Shown piece by piece: positions 51,574 to 61,354 of a stretch of DNA of 64,000 bases. Origin of the DNA: a virus (lineage: Duplodnaviria > Caudoviricetes). The first letter of the stretch is position 1. Every line of letters starts with the position of its first letter. A program made the position numbers and the translations under genes. The stretch lies in IMG/VR virus record IMGVR_UViG_3300029288_000119, positions 29,503-93,502 of that record; one strand, given 5' to 3'. The notes beneath the pieces are model-generated. The model did no database searches. It was given only the letters and a program-made list of their open reading frames with translations, and was not told the DNA's origin.

Positions 51574-52710
51574 TTATGCTCCATTCCTGGAATCTTTTAT
51601 TTCCTTCATTTCGCCATAATTGTGCCCAACACTAATTTTTGAATACATGTTGCACAATTTAGATTGTTCAAAAATCTTTCTTATATTTTTAATATGTAAC
51701 AATTCTTTTTCCGAAATCATTAATATGCCAGCATCATAAAAAGAAAATAATATTCTGGCATTTACATTATTAGATTTGATATAATCATTAACAGCACACA
51801 ATGAATTAAGTAAAGCATTTCTTTCAGTACATTGTAGTATATTATTGGTAATAACCGAATCTGATTGCGATGTTATCAATATTGGTCTTTGATATGTGTC
51901 ATATGTATAAGATCCAATAACATTGTTATCCCCATATAATTTTTTACAAAAAACGTCGCTTAAATAACATTGGCAATTTTGGTTCAATTTTTTTATGTCT
52001 TTGTTTTTGTACTTACTAAATAACATTTTAAATGAATACAATTTTGCGTCATGTCTATCGATATTAAGATCTTTGGCTATTTTAATATATGGATCATAAC
52101 ATTCAGCCAATTTATTGTCGGACAACGCAAGATATAATCTCATCTGACACGCAACATAATCAAACTGAACAATTACATATCCTGATTTTGATATAATTGT
52201 TTTTCTGTCATCATTCGACATGTTGTATATATTAAGATCACTGACTTCAGAAGACGCCAATCTCCCGGTTCTGGTATCTTTAAATTTTAAAAATGATTCA
52301 CCATGAGTGGTATATATCGGTTTTGTTTCCAACTCACGTAACATCATATATTGTTTTTGTCCATAATTGCTATAATATTCTATTGTATTCTTAAATAAAT
52401 TGCTGTTTTTGTTTTTATTATAAAATCCCCACATAGATTCTAAACGATATTCAACCAATTTACGATATATGTGTGATTCAATCAATTGATATTCTTTAAA
52501 TTTTGATTTGTCAATACCAACAGTGTGATACGTTTTCATAATATTAAAATATGATTTATCGTCAACGACACATTCCTTATTCATGATGTTTGCAATATTT
52601 AAAATATCAAATTTATTTATAGAATTGTCTGAAATTTGCTGTGATTCAACAAACTCGTGGCCATCAAACGACAAAAAATTATTATCACTTATTTGCTCGT
52701 AGAAAATCAC
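51574..52710 (-). CDS. truncated family-A DNA polymerase core
   Basis: RTGRLAS, motif A FDYVACQMR, motif B RHDAKLYSFKMLF, NNILQ, motif C FYDA; no recognisable exonuclease domain. Confidence 0.7.
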   Translation of the reverse strand: MIFYEQISDNNFLSFDGHEFVESQQISDNSINKFDILNIANIMNKECVVDDKSYFNIMKTYHTVGIDKSKFKEYQLIESHIYRKLVEYRLESMWGFYNKNKNSNLFKNTIEYYSNYGQKQYMMLRELETKPIYTTHGESFLKFKDTRTGRLASSEVSDLNIYNMSNDDRKTIISKSGYVIVQFDYVACQMRLYLALSDNKLAECYDPYIKIAKDLNIDRHDAKLYSFKMLFSKYKNKDIKKLNQNCQCYLSDVFCKKLYGDNNVIGSYTYDTYQRPILITSQSDSVITNNILQCTERNALLNSLCAVNDYIKSNNVNARILFSFYDAGILMISEKELLHIKNIRKIFEQSKLCNMYSKISVGHNYGEMKEIKDSRNGA

Positions 52711-52742
52711 AATATCAATTTATCATTTACGACAGAAATTGA

Positions 52743-54752
52743 TTATATTGCATTCATTACCGTTTCATAACTTGAAACCCATTCTCCTGGTGCAAAAGTA
52801 TGTTCGATTCCAATAACATTATATAAACGCGAAAATACTCCAATATCATTATAAGCTCTGAAAAACATCTGTTGGTATGGAACAAATGCATTGTTTCCTA
52901 TCGTTTTAAACGATATTTTCGTCGTCAAAAATTTAAATTGATCATTGAAAGATACGCCTTCCATTATTTCGTCGCCCCGCAAATCTTTATCCGCCATTCT
53001 TTTTATTAATGATGCCTGCAATTCCTCATCAGTTTCTGATGTCAATGAAAGATCTTTAAGAATAGTATTTTCACCAAATACGTTAAATATGGGAATATCA
53101 AAAACGGTATTATTATCATTGGGTTGTGCATTATTAGAAGATCCCGGAACCGTGACATCATTAAATTCTTCATTATCTTGTGATATTCCGGCATTAGATT
53201 CAACAACTCTACTAAACGCACTCTTTTCAGAATCTTGATGTATTTTTGGAACACCATATGATGAGTCTATAAGAAAACAATATGATTCGGCACCATTAAA
53301 TTCATTAATATGTTCATAATTAAAAAATTTCATTGATGGGATCATAATTTTATCCAATTTCTCATCAATTTCTTTTAATTTATTTGATGCGTCTATAACC
53401 TTTTGTGTTTCTTGATTCTTCTTTCTTAATATTTCTTCTTGTATTTGTTTGTCATCATAAATTTCTTTAATAATTTGGCTTATTTCTTTATAGTCGGTGT
53501 AATCACCCAAGAATTCATCAACAATTTGATTAAGATAATCCATTGGATTTGGTATATTTTTAGATTTAACAATTTTTATATTGAAATTCTTAAAATTATC
53601 TTGTGAAATTGTAAAATCACTTATGTTTGGCGGTGATGGTTGTATTGTATCATTAAATTTACCACACACAAACTTAAAATTCGGATTTTGTCCACTTTTT
53701 TCCAATGAATAATTTATACAGCTAGATATTTCATTTAAAATATCGGATAATTTTATCAAATTATTATTCTTAGGAATTCTATCAATACTTGCATTAAAAG
53801 CATCAACAACCATACCATTTATTTGATTTTGTATATTTTGCCTTAAACGATCTCCGCTTCTTGTTCGGGGCTGCTCATCACTATCAATCGTTGAAAGAGT
53901 ATCTTCATATCCTTCCAATATACTTGCAGAATTGGATTCAGAAGTAAGCATGTGTTCGCCCATTCTTACGGTAATAAACGACTTATTTGATGATGGAATA
54001 GCCTCAGCATTCAGTTCAATGTTGTGATCATTCGAATTCTGACCAACATCCCATCTAGTAAATTGTATTGTATCCCTGTTTTCAACACCAAGTATGTCTA
54101 ATATCTTTTTGGCACATGGTAATAAGTCACTATTTGACACATTCAAATTATATCCCCATCTTATTATAAATCTATTTTCAGCGGAAAATATTGATTGCAC
54201 AAAAGATTCCGCAAATGCATCCGGTCTATGTATTACAAATTGGAATTTAAATTTTTTAAATGCATATAACCCGGTTTGTTCTTGTAAATTTATGGTTAGA
54301 CCTTTAATCGATATTTTATTTTTTCCAAATGACAAAAAACCAATCTCATCATTTGGTATTGGATTATATAATGAACTCAATATATCATCATTTGTAAATA
54401 ATTTTGATTCAAATGGTGAAACAGTATATTGGGACAGCGGATCAAAATCGTCAAATTGCTCATTACTATAAAATCCAGAATCAGATCCGGATGGCACTGC
54501 ATTAATGAGTACATATGGCGACAACATTGAATATACAATGTTGGTTATGTTTTGTCCGACCTCAGAACCATTCAATTCTTTTAAATCTCTATTACGTAAG
54601 CCCCAATTTGGCCACCCATTTCTCATTATTTGAATGTTTTTGCCAACCAAATCATCAACTTGAATAGTTATATTGCTACTATTATATGGTGAATTTACAT
54701 CCAAATTTATTTGGTCATTGACTCGATTTGGTTGTGTCAATAATCCAGACAT
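52743..54752 (-). CDS. baseplate hub-like structural protein
   Basis: IRWGY; C-terminal FKTIGN..YNVIGIEHTF..W.S (gp27/Mu gp44-like pattern); position in tail module. Confidence 0.55.
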   Translation of the reverse strand: MSGLLTQPNRVNDQINLDVNSPYNSSNITIQVDDLVGKNIQIMRNGWPNWGLRNRDLKELNGSEVGQNITNIVYSMLSPYVLINAVPSGSDSGFYSNEQFDDFDPLSQYTVSPFESKLFTNDDILSSLYNPIPNDEIGFLSFGKNKISIKGLTINLQEQTGLYAFKKFKFQFVIHRPDAFAESFVQSIFSAENRFIIRWGYNLNVSNSDLLPCAKKILDILGVENRDTIQFTRWDVGQNSNDHNIELNAEAIPSSNKSFITVRMGEHMLTSESNSASILEGYEDTLSTIDSDEQPRTRSGDRLRQNIQNQINGMVVDAFNASIDRIPKNNNLIKLSDILNEISSCINYSLEKSGQNPNFKFVCGKFNDTIQPSPPNISDFTISQDNFKNFNIKIVKSKNIPNPMDYLNQIVDEFLGDYTDYKEISQIIKEIYDDKQIQEEILRKKNQETQKVIDASNKLKEIDEKLDKIMIPSMKFFNYEHINEFNGAESYCFLIDSSYGVPKIHQDSEKSAFSRVVESNAGISQDNEEFNDVTVPGSSNNAQPNDNNTVFDIPIFNVFGENTILKDLSLTSETDEELQASLIKRMADKDLRGDEIMEGVSFNDQFKFLTTKISFKTIGNNAFVPYQQMFFRAYNDIGVFSRLYNVIGIEHTFAPGEWVSSYETVMNAI

Positions 54753-55030
54753 TATAATTTGTCTACAAATTCACGCGCATTTAGTGGAATTAACAATTCT
54801 TTCTTATCTTCAAAATCGCGAAATGGATCCACAATATTATTAAATATGGCTATAACCCACCAAAGACTTTCATCACCGTAATATTTAAAAGCCAATTTGT
54901 CTAAATACGTATTAATTGTTACCGTTTCCTTAGCAAACTTAACATTATATGAACGAATTATATTGGTTAAATTTTTGTTATTATAAAATGACCAATAACT
55001 GCCATTTATTATTTTTCTGTTGCTTTTCAT
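54752..55030 (-). CDS. LysM-like baseplate wedge protein (gp53/X-like)
   Basis: LDKLAFKYYGDESLWWVIAIFNNI...LLIP. Confidence 0.8.
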   Translation of the reverse strand: MKSNRKIINGSYWSFYNNKNLTNIIRSYNVKFAKETVTINTYLDKLAFKYYGDESLWWVIAIFNNIVDPFRDFEDKKELLIPLNAREFVDKL

Positions 55031-55031
55031 A

Positions 55032-56483
55032 TTACATTATGTCCACAAATTTGGTGAATTCAAATTTGTTTTCCGTTGAATTATATCTGATCCCCGGATT
55101 ATCTTGATTTATCACTCCAACTTCCATCGAAACTTTAAAACCCTGCGGAATTTGTCTACCATCTGTTATTTCCCAATTAAATCTATATGGATCTGCATCA
55201 AATGATGTTATCATACCAATAACACCACTCACTGGCCCAACACTTGCTGGATTATATATATAATTCCCAAATCTAACTTCCACTATTGGACCAGAACTTA
55301 TGGCATTCATACTAACAGATGTATTACCTAAATTATAGGTAAAATCGCGATATGCCGGATGGATTAAATTTTTCATAAAATTCAATTTGTGGTTCATGTA
55401 ATACAAATCTTGTTCTGATTCCGGGATAATGAAAAAATTAAACATCAATTTCCTACTAGTATTTTTATAACGATATATCGATCCAATACGTCCAATGTAT
55501 GTATCTTCATCTACCGAAATACTAAAATTTTCTTTGACAATATCCGATTCTGAATATGGTCTGAGCAATATCCCATACTTAGTCCTCATATCAACAATCA
55601 CAAATGGGAAGAATAAATTGTCTTGAGTTCTAATTGTGCTTAACGGTATTCCACCATTGGTGGTATCAAAATTTATAATACCCTTAATTGGGGATCCATC
55701 TGTATATTTAGTGAATTCATTGTCTTCAGCAACACTCATCTTTGCACTTCTTTTAGAAAAAAATGAGTGAGACTTCTGAAATTTATCTGCAAGATCATTA
55801 GATTTGGCAATTGGTTGCTGAAATGTCACATTACTGACATTACTAAACAATCGTGCATAATCTATTTTTCCATCTTCCGTAGTGTGCTGTTCACTATATC
55901 CACGAATAATACCATTCGAATCTCTTTTATTTGTTTCAGAATATAAATTTGTTGTGGATTTATTTCTGTATTCACCAATAGATGTTGGTAAAATAGCATC
56001 TCTATATGGTGCCGAATTATTTATACTATATGTACCTTCTATTTTCTTATAAAACGGTGGAGACAATGTTGGTCTAATATATACTGAACCATTAAATAAA
56101 TCCAGTAATCTATCTTCTCCTCTTAATATTTTTGATTGACTAGTTGTTGCACCAAGCAGAGGATGTATTGGAGCAAACATATTCGGGATACTTCTAGCAA
56201 TAGATCCACCAAGAAATGGTACTAGAGCCGCATTATGAACAAGCGGATTGCTCATATCCGGAAATGATTCTGGATTTGAAATCGCAGTCGCGGCGGATGC
56301 AATTTCTTTATATAATCCCGGATTCGCATAAAACTGTGGAGAATTGTATTCTAATAAAAGATTTGTCAAAGCTAGTGTTATATTACCATCAAAATATTTA
56401 TTGCTTTCATTATAACGATGTCTATTCTGCACCGCAGCGCTATCATCAAGCATTTTCTTTTGTAATTCTGCTATAGTTACCAT
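55032..56483 (-). CDS. tail tube initiator / baseplate-tube junction protein (gp48/gp54-like)
   Basis: YIGR..IYRYKNTSRKLMFNF..PIVEVRFGN..WEI..P; directly after the tape measure gene. Confidence 0.55.
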   Translation of the reverse strand: MVTIAELQKKMLDDSAAVQNRHRYNESNKYFDGNITLALTNLLLEYNSPQFYANPGLYKEIASAATAISNPESFPDMSNPLVHNAALVPFLGGSIARSIPNMFAPIHPLLGATTSQSKILRGEDRLLDLFNGSVYIRPTLSPPFYKKIEGTYSINNSAPYRDAILPTSIGEYRNKSTTNLYSETNKRDSNGIIRGYSEQHTTEDGKIDYARLFSNVSNVTFQQPIAKSNDLADKFQKSHSFFSKRSAKMSVAEDNEFTKYTDGSPIKGIINFDTTNGGIPLSTIRTQDNLFFPFVIVDMRTKYGILLRPYSESDIVKENFSISVDEDTYIGRIGSIYRYKNTSRKLMFNFFIIPESEQDLYYMNHKLNFMKNLIHPAYRDFTYNLGNTSVSMNAISSGPIVEVRFGNYIYNPASVGPVSGVIGMITSFDADPYRFNWEITDGRQIPQGFKVSMEVGVINQDNPGIRYNSTENKFEFTKFVDIM

Positions 56484-56485
56484 TA

Positions 56486-59400
56486 TTATGATGCGCTCCT
56501 AATTGCTGTTTTTACCAGCGCTTCCCCAACTTTTCTTCCATCCAGATTAATTACAACCGGTAATGCAACAATAGTATCTTTTTTGCTGTCCCGGTTACCA
56601 GTCATTCTTCCAAGATAATCATTAATCATTGATTCGGCACCGGGACTTCTCGATACGGGACCCCTTCTAAGCGGCATTACCAATTCTGGTCCAGCTTCAC
56701 CAATGAGTGCTCTAGTAGCTCTCGTTACCAAACCACCAAATGCCTTTGTCTCTTGTATTTTGGGCGATGATGGAAGTGTAACTCTTGACGCTATGAAAGC
56801 ATCTAATTCTTCTGGCTTTAGTGGTGGATTACGCGATAATGCTTCCATATATGCCTGCGTGGCTGCATATTCAAGACCGGCAGCTTTCGCTTTATATCGT
56901 TGTATTTCTAATGTATTGTTATTAATTGTGGCCTCATTATCACCAATTCTTTGTTGAAGTTCTTGAGCTTCTTTAAACTGACCAGCATTCACTGCAGCTT
57001 CAAGATTGGTTTGCAATTCGGTGTACATACCAGAGAATATCTTTTGTATTTCTTCGGCTTTTAATTCTTTACCTTCCATACCCCTAAATTGTTCTCTGAT
57101 GTATTCAGCAGCACTATTGGCAACATCCGCCGATATTTTCCCGGTATCTTTTAATGTGGTAATTTCGGCCAATGCTTGTTCAAATGCTTGATTTATTGCT
57201 TTTGGATCCATCTGCGCATCTTTAGCTATTTGTTCCGGCGAGAACAATTCAGTTAATGATGCCATTCTTGTTTGGACAGCTTCTAAATTTTCAGCAGTAG
57301 CTTCTAGAATTCTTCTTTGATCTCTTTCTATTTGCTGCGATGCCTGAGTAGTAGACAATGTTAAATCAGCCTCTTTTTGGGCTGCTTCTGCATTAGCTAG
57401 ATTTGCCGCGCTCATAATTGCTTGATATGCTATTGATTCCTCTAGAGCTTTGTTCATTTGTGCTCTATAATCAATCTCTTTCATTATACCTTCAAGTTGT
57501 GCCCGTTTCACTGGATCATCAGTTTGTCTTAATTCTGATTCAAGCCTTGATTTTTCGGCTTCTAGCCGTCTATCTTCAACATTCATTGCAGCTTTTAGTT
57601 TATCCGCTTGCGCAGTAAATATTTGATTAATTTTGCCCAATGAATCAATTTGTATTTTATTTAATTCATTAACACGATTTATAATTTGGCCCTGTGCAAT
57701 TAATCTATTAGTATTTTCTCGATATTTGTTCGTACTTTTATCCAATTCCTCAAACATCTTCTTCATAACTTTTTGTCTTTGTGCTTCGAGAACACTATTA
57801 ACAAAATCTCCCATGGCGCTACGGCCACTTTTAATTAAATCAATGGTTATTCCAATTAAACCACCGGCAAGTGTTCCCACCGGGCCAAACATCGAACCTA
57901 CTCCAATTCCCGCACCGGCTAATCCCAATCCTTTTGCTCCGGTTGCTTGTTCGGCAGCCATTCCAAGACCATAGCCGAGTGCTCCGCGACCCGCACCACG
58001 CAAAACACCGGCCCCAGCTTCTTTGGCCATAGCACCAGTGGATGGCAAACCAGAAGATGCCAATCCAGTTGGAGGTTCTTTAGGACCCTTTAAAAATCCG
58101 CCAACCCCGCTTAGCATTTGCATTATTCCAACACCACCAAGCATTGAACCAATTTTTGCCATGGCAACAACTTTTAATAACATCGGATTGGCAGCAAGAA
58201 ATTCAACAAGTTTCCCTACATATTTACCAACTTGCATTGACAATTGAAAATATGGTTTTGCAGTTTGAATTATTGACTTGAACGTATTCTTTATTTCATC
58301 CCCATGTTTTTTCCACCAATTGAATATATCGATAACAATATTCCTAATGCCTTTATATGACATTTCAAGAACTTTAGCACCAGCAACAGCCGGATCAAGT
58401 CCATCCAACATATTTTTTGAAAATCCCGACGTATATTGTAAAATTTTTGCCGCATCAGACGCAACCAAATGAAATAAACCTTTCATTATTTCGGCAGCAG
58501 CGCCCCAGTTGCTTTTATCAAAAAAATTAAATACCTTTTTTACAATTACCCAGGTTTCCCTAGCAACTCTCCCTATGTCACGAATTATATCAGCACCATG
58601 TTCGCCAACCCACTTAAATACCGACTGTAATCTTGTTGCTATGCTATGAATTACGCTATTTATCCCGCCAGCAGCATCTTTGGCTGATTTATTGAAATCC
58701 GGAAATAGATCCACAAGAATTTGTTTTATGGCATTAATCGCCGAGTCAATTGTTCCATAAAAGTCCTTGCCAAATTGTTCCATGTCGATATTGGCCCACA
58801 TTTCTCCCCAATATCGGCCAAATGTTTTCATAGTATCTTGCCAATTTCTTACCCATGTTTTGGTCATGTTTGACCAAGCTTTTCCACCAGGAGAATTCGG
58901 TGCAAATGATCTTCTTATTCCCTTAGCCCATTCCTCGGCAAACATAAGCATACCACGACGACCACCCCATAAAAATCCCTTAAACATTCTACCAAACGCA
59001 ACCCACACACGATAAAAAATAGGCATAATTGATCCCATAATTCCGCGTGATGCTCTAAGCTGTTGTAGAATTGCATTCATAACCTCGGCTTGTCTTTTTT
59101 GACTATCAGCCTGTTTCTTATCCTCATCCTCCATGGCACGAGCAATTTCGGCCCTACTCTTACCGGCGTTTTTACTTGACAGCACAAATTGGGCCTGCTG
59201 TGCATTTATACCAAGCATTGCTGTAACAGATTTTCTTTGGAAATAATCCATGCTTTCCCACGATTTACCAGCACCAAGCAGTGCTTTTTGAATTCTTTCA
59301 AGTCTTGCTGCAGGATCCGCATCAACCAACATGTCCATAGCATTGATTGATACGCCAAACATTTGATTGAGTTTGGAAACATTTTCTGCCGCTGAAGACA

Positions 59401-60544
59401 ACGTATCGAATTTATCCATTAATCCAAGAAGTTCTTTAACCCCAACATTGTATTGACGAACCCATATAGCACCAGCAACGAACGATTTTTGTCCTTGTTG
59501 CCCCATTAAAGCCAACTCATCGCCAGCTTCGGCAATATCCCGAGAAATTTCTGGAATAAAGAAGCCCATGTCTTGAAGTGGACCACCAGGACCAAGAGTA
59601 CCAACCAAATTCATTGTAAATTTTTTCATGGAAACATCCATTAGTGACAATGAACGTCCAAGTTTTCCAGCAGTCTCCGCTTCAAGACCAAGAGCACGAG
59701 AAAACATGATATGTTCTTTATATAATTTTTTCATTGCCGGTGAGAAACCAAGAAAATGACCATAAGCCTTATTTAATTCAATAACATATTTAGCAGCCTC
59801 ACCAACAGACAGACCCATTTGATACCATTCACGTCTTCCCGATTGCAAAAATCCCATTGCTTGATACATCTCACCATTAAAAAATCCTAAGGATTGCGCC
59901 ATTTCAGCAACGGCTTGTCTTATTTCGCCACCGCCCATTGTAATTGTATCCCAAACTTTTCTGAAAAACGAAATAATAAGACCAGCAGACTTTTTAACAA
60001 CATTTGTAGCTAAATGAAATGCACTTGTAACGTGACGATATATTGCCTGCCCAACTTGTTTCGCAATTGCTATAATACTCACAAGTGCCCCAGTAGCAAT
60101 GGCAACACCTTTTTTAAATACATTCCATAATCCTGATAATGAAAATAATTTTTTGATCTTTTCAGTTGCTTTCTGCGCAGCAGTTATTAATGATACACCG
60201 AAATGTGTAATCATCTTTTTAGCAATACTATCGGTATTTTTTTCTACTTCTTGCCATTTCTTTTTATATTGCTCTAGAAATGATAATCTTTTTTTACCGG
60301 CAACATCCATTATCCTATCTATGCTTTTACGTTTTGATTCCTCTTCACCAAGTTGCTCTAATATTCTTCCTTGGGCTTCTTCCAATTGTTTAGTATGATC
60401 TGCCGATTCATCATGTATATCAGATATTTCCTTAAGAGCTTTCGATAAAGAACCTGCCCAAGATGCAGTTACAGATCCCAATTGTCTCATTACGGCGTTC
60501 AATTGAGAAGCATTACGTAGCTGAACGGCAAAATCAGTCGCCAT
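56486..60544 (-). CDS. tail tape measure protein
   Basis: 1352 aa helical, A/G-rich hydrophobic segment, C-terminal AFGGLVT..LIGEAGPELVMPL and INLDGRKV. Confidence 0.85.
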   Translation of the reverse strand: MATDFAVQLRNASQLNAVMRQLGSVTASWAGSLSKALKEISDIHDESADHTKQLEEAQGRILEQLGEEESKRKSIDRIMDVAGKKRLSFLEQYKKKWQEVEKNTDSIAKKMITHFGVSLITAAQKATEKIKKLFSLSGLWNVFKKGVAIATGALVSIIAIAKQVGQAIYRHVTSAFHLATNVVKKSAGLIISFFRKVWDTITMGGGEIRQAVAEMAQSLGFFNGEMYQAMGFLQSGRREWYQMGLSVGEAAKYVIELNKAYGHFLGFSPAMKKLYKEHIMFSRALGLEAETAGKLGRSLSLMDVSMKKFTMNLVGTLGPGGPLQDMGFFIPEISRDIAEAGDELALMGQQGQKSFVAGAIWVRQYNVGVKELLGLMDKFDTLSSAAENVSKLNQMFGVSINAMDMLVDADPAARLERIQKALLGAGKSWESMDYFQRKSVTAMLGINAQQAQFVLSSKNAGKSRAEIARAMEDEDKKQADSQKRQAEVMNAILQQLRASRGIMGSIMPIFYRVWVAFGRMFKGFLWGGRRGMLMFAEEWAKGIRRSFAPNSPGGKAWSNMTKTWVRNWQDTMKTFGRYWGEMWANIDMEQFGKDFYGTIDSAINAIKQILVDLFPDFNKSAKDAAGGINSVIHSIATRLQSVFKWVGEHGADIIRDIGRVARETWVIVKKVFNFFDKSNWGAAAEIMKGLFHLVASDAAKILQYTSGFSKNMLDGLDPAVAGAKVLEMSYKGIRNIVIDIFNWWKKHGDEIKNTFKSIIQTAKPYFQLSMQVGKYVGKLVEFLAANPMLLKVVAMAKIGSMLGGVGIMQMLSGVGGFLKGPKEPPTGLASSGLPSTGAMAKEAGAGVLRGAGRGALGYGLGMAAEQATGAKGLGLAGAGIGVGSMFGPVGTLAGGLIGITIDLIKSGRSAMGDFVNSVLEAQRQKVMKKMFEELDKSTNKYRENTNRLIAQGQIINRVNELNKIQIDSLGKINQIFTAQADKLKAAMNVEDRRLEAEKSRLESELRQTDDPVKRAQLEGIMKEIDYRAQMNKALEESIAYQAIMSAANLANAEAAQKEADLTLSTTQASQQIERDQRRILEATAENLEAVQTRMASLTELFSPEQIAKDAQMDPKAINQAFEQALAEITTLKDTGKISADVANSAAEYIREQFRGMEGKELKAEEIQKIFSGMYTELQTNLEAAVNAGQFKEAQELQQRIGDNEATINNNTLEIQRYKAKAAGLEYAATQAYMEALSRNPPLKPEELDAFIASRVTLPSSPKIQETKAFGGLVTRATRALIGEAGPELVMPLRRGPVSRSPGAESMINDYLGRMTGNRDSKKDTIVALPVVINLDGRKVGEALVKTAIRSAS

Positions 60545-60548
60545 ATTT

Positions 60549-60555
60549 TAATTAT
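60549..60555 (-). promoter_or_regulatory. putative late promoter ATAATTA (representative copy, tape measure gene)
   Basis: Same motif exactly 4 nt before ATG at 7600, 11042, 17167, 20602, 26988, 32452, 60549 and 60965. Confidence 0.6.
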
Positions 60556-60633
60556 GATGTAAAAAGGGACTTAGATGACCAATTTCATCCCGCAAAACTC
60601 TTTGTGAGAAATACTTAATTTTTAAATTTTTCT

Positions 60634-60960
60634 TTATGGTAACCTGATACCGGTAGAACTATAAAAATCCGACTTTAATTTTTCAACAGATGATGTTGAT
60701 GCTGAAAGCGTTTGTAGTTTACTAATAAGTCTATCCTTTTCCGATGCACTACTCTTCATTTTCTCTAAATATTTAGTAAGCGTCTCGATTTGATCTTTTT
60801 GTCCCTTTATAACCAGATTGTTGCTTCTTTTACCTAAAAGAAACCCTACGACTCCAGCAAGGAAAGATCTAAACAATCCTTCTTGTAAAACTTTTTTTTC
60901 TTCGGTAAGTGCAGCGGTTGAAAATTCTTTTAGATCGATGATTCTTTTTTGGCTTCCCAT
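60634..60960 (-). CDS. hypothetical late protein
   Basis: ATAATTA-N4-ATG upstream; LTE/LQE sites. Confidence 0.5.
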   Translation of the reverse strand: MGSQKRIIDLKEFSTAALTEEKKVLQEGLFRSFLAGVVGFLLGKRSNNLVIKGQKDQIETLTKYLEKMKSSASEKDRLISKLQTLSASTSSVEKLKSDFYSSTGIRLP

Positions 60961-60967
60961 ATTTTAA

Positions 60968-61354
60968 TTATTTTTCGAACCTATTCTTGTGCATATTCGC
61001 CAAATTTTGATCGCCCGGCGACATTGGGAATCTATCATCAATTGATTTCGGCTGCTGTGCACCATGTTGCGGTGTTGGTTCTTTTTTACCAAACATCTCT
61101 TGTATTTTATCGAGATATAATTTTCTTTGTTGAATTGTTAAGGATTCAACATCAGATTTTGTAAAATTTAATTTCGCACAGATGACAGCAATTTCTGAGG
61201 CAAGCTCATCTTCCCAAAATCTAACCGCTTCATTAAATTTGTTAATGGATTCGATTCCAGGTTCGTCTTTACGCAAGTCCCTTCGGCCAAAAAAACGATA
61301 CTCCCAGTGGGACCATCTGTTCTTTTGATTCTCCGCAATGTGGACAAACAACAT
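60968..61354 (-). CDS. gp51-like tail/hub chaperone C-terminal module, probably reached by frameshift
   Basis: EIAVICAKLNFTKSDVESLTIQQRKLYLDKI; overlaps the 3' end of the gp26-like gene in the +1 frame; only a TTG start. Confidence 0.55.
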   Translation of the reverse strand: MLFVHIAENQKNRWSHWEYRFFGRRDLRKDEPGIESINKFNEAVRFWEDELASEIAVICAKLNFTKSDVESLTIQQRKLYLDKIQEMFGKKEPTPQHGAQQPKSIDDRFPMSPGDQNLANMHKNRFEK

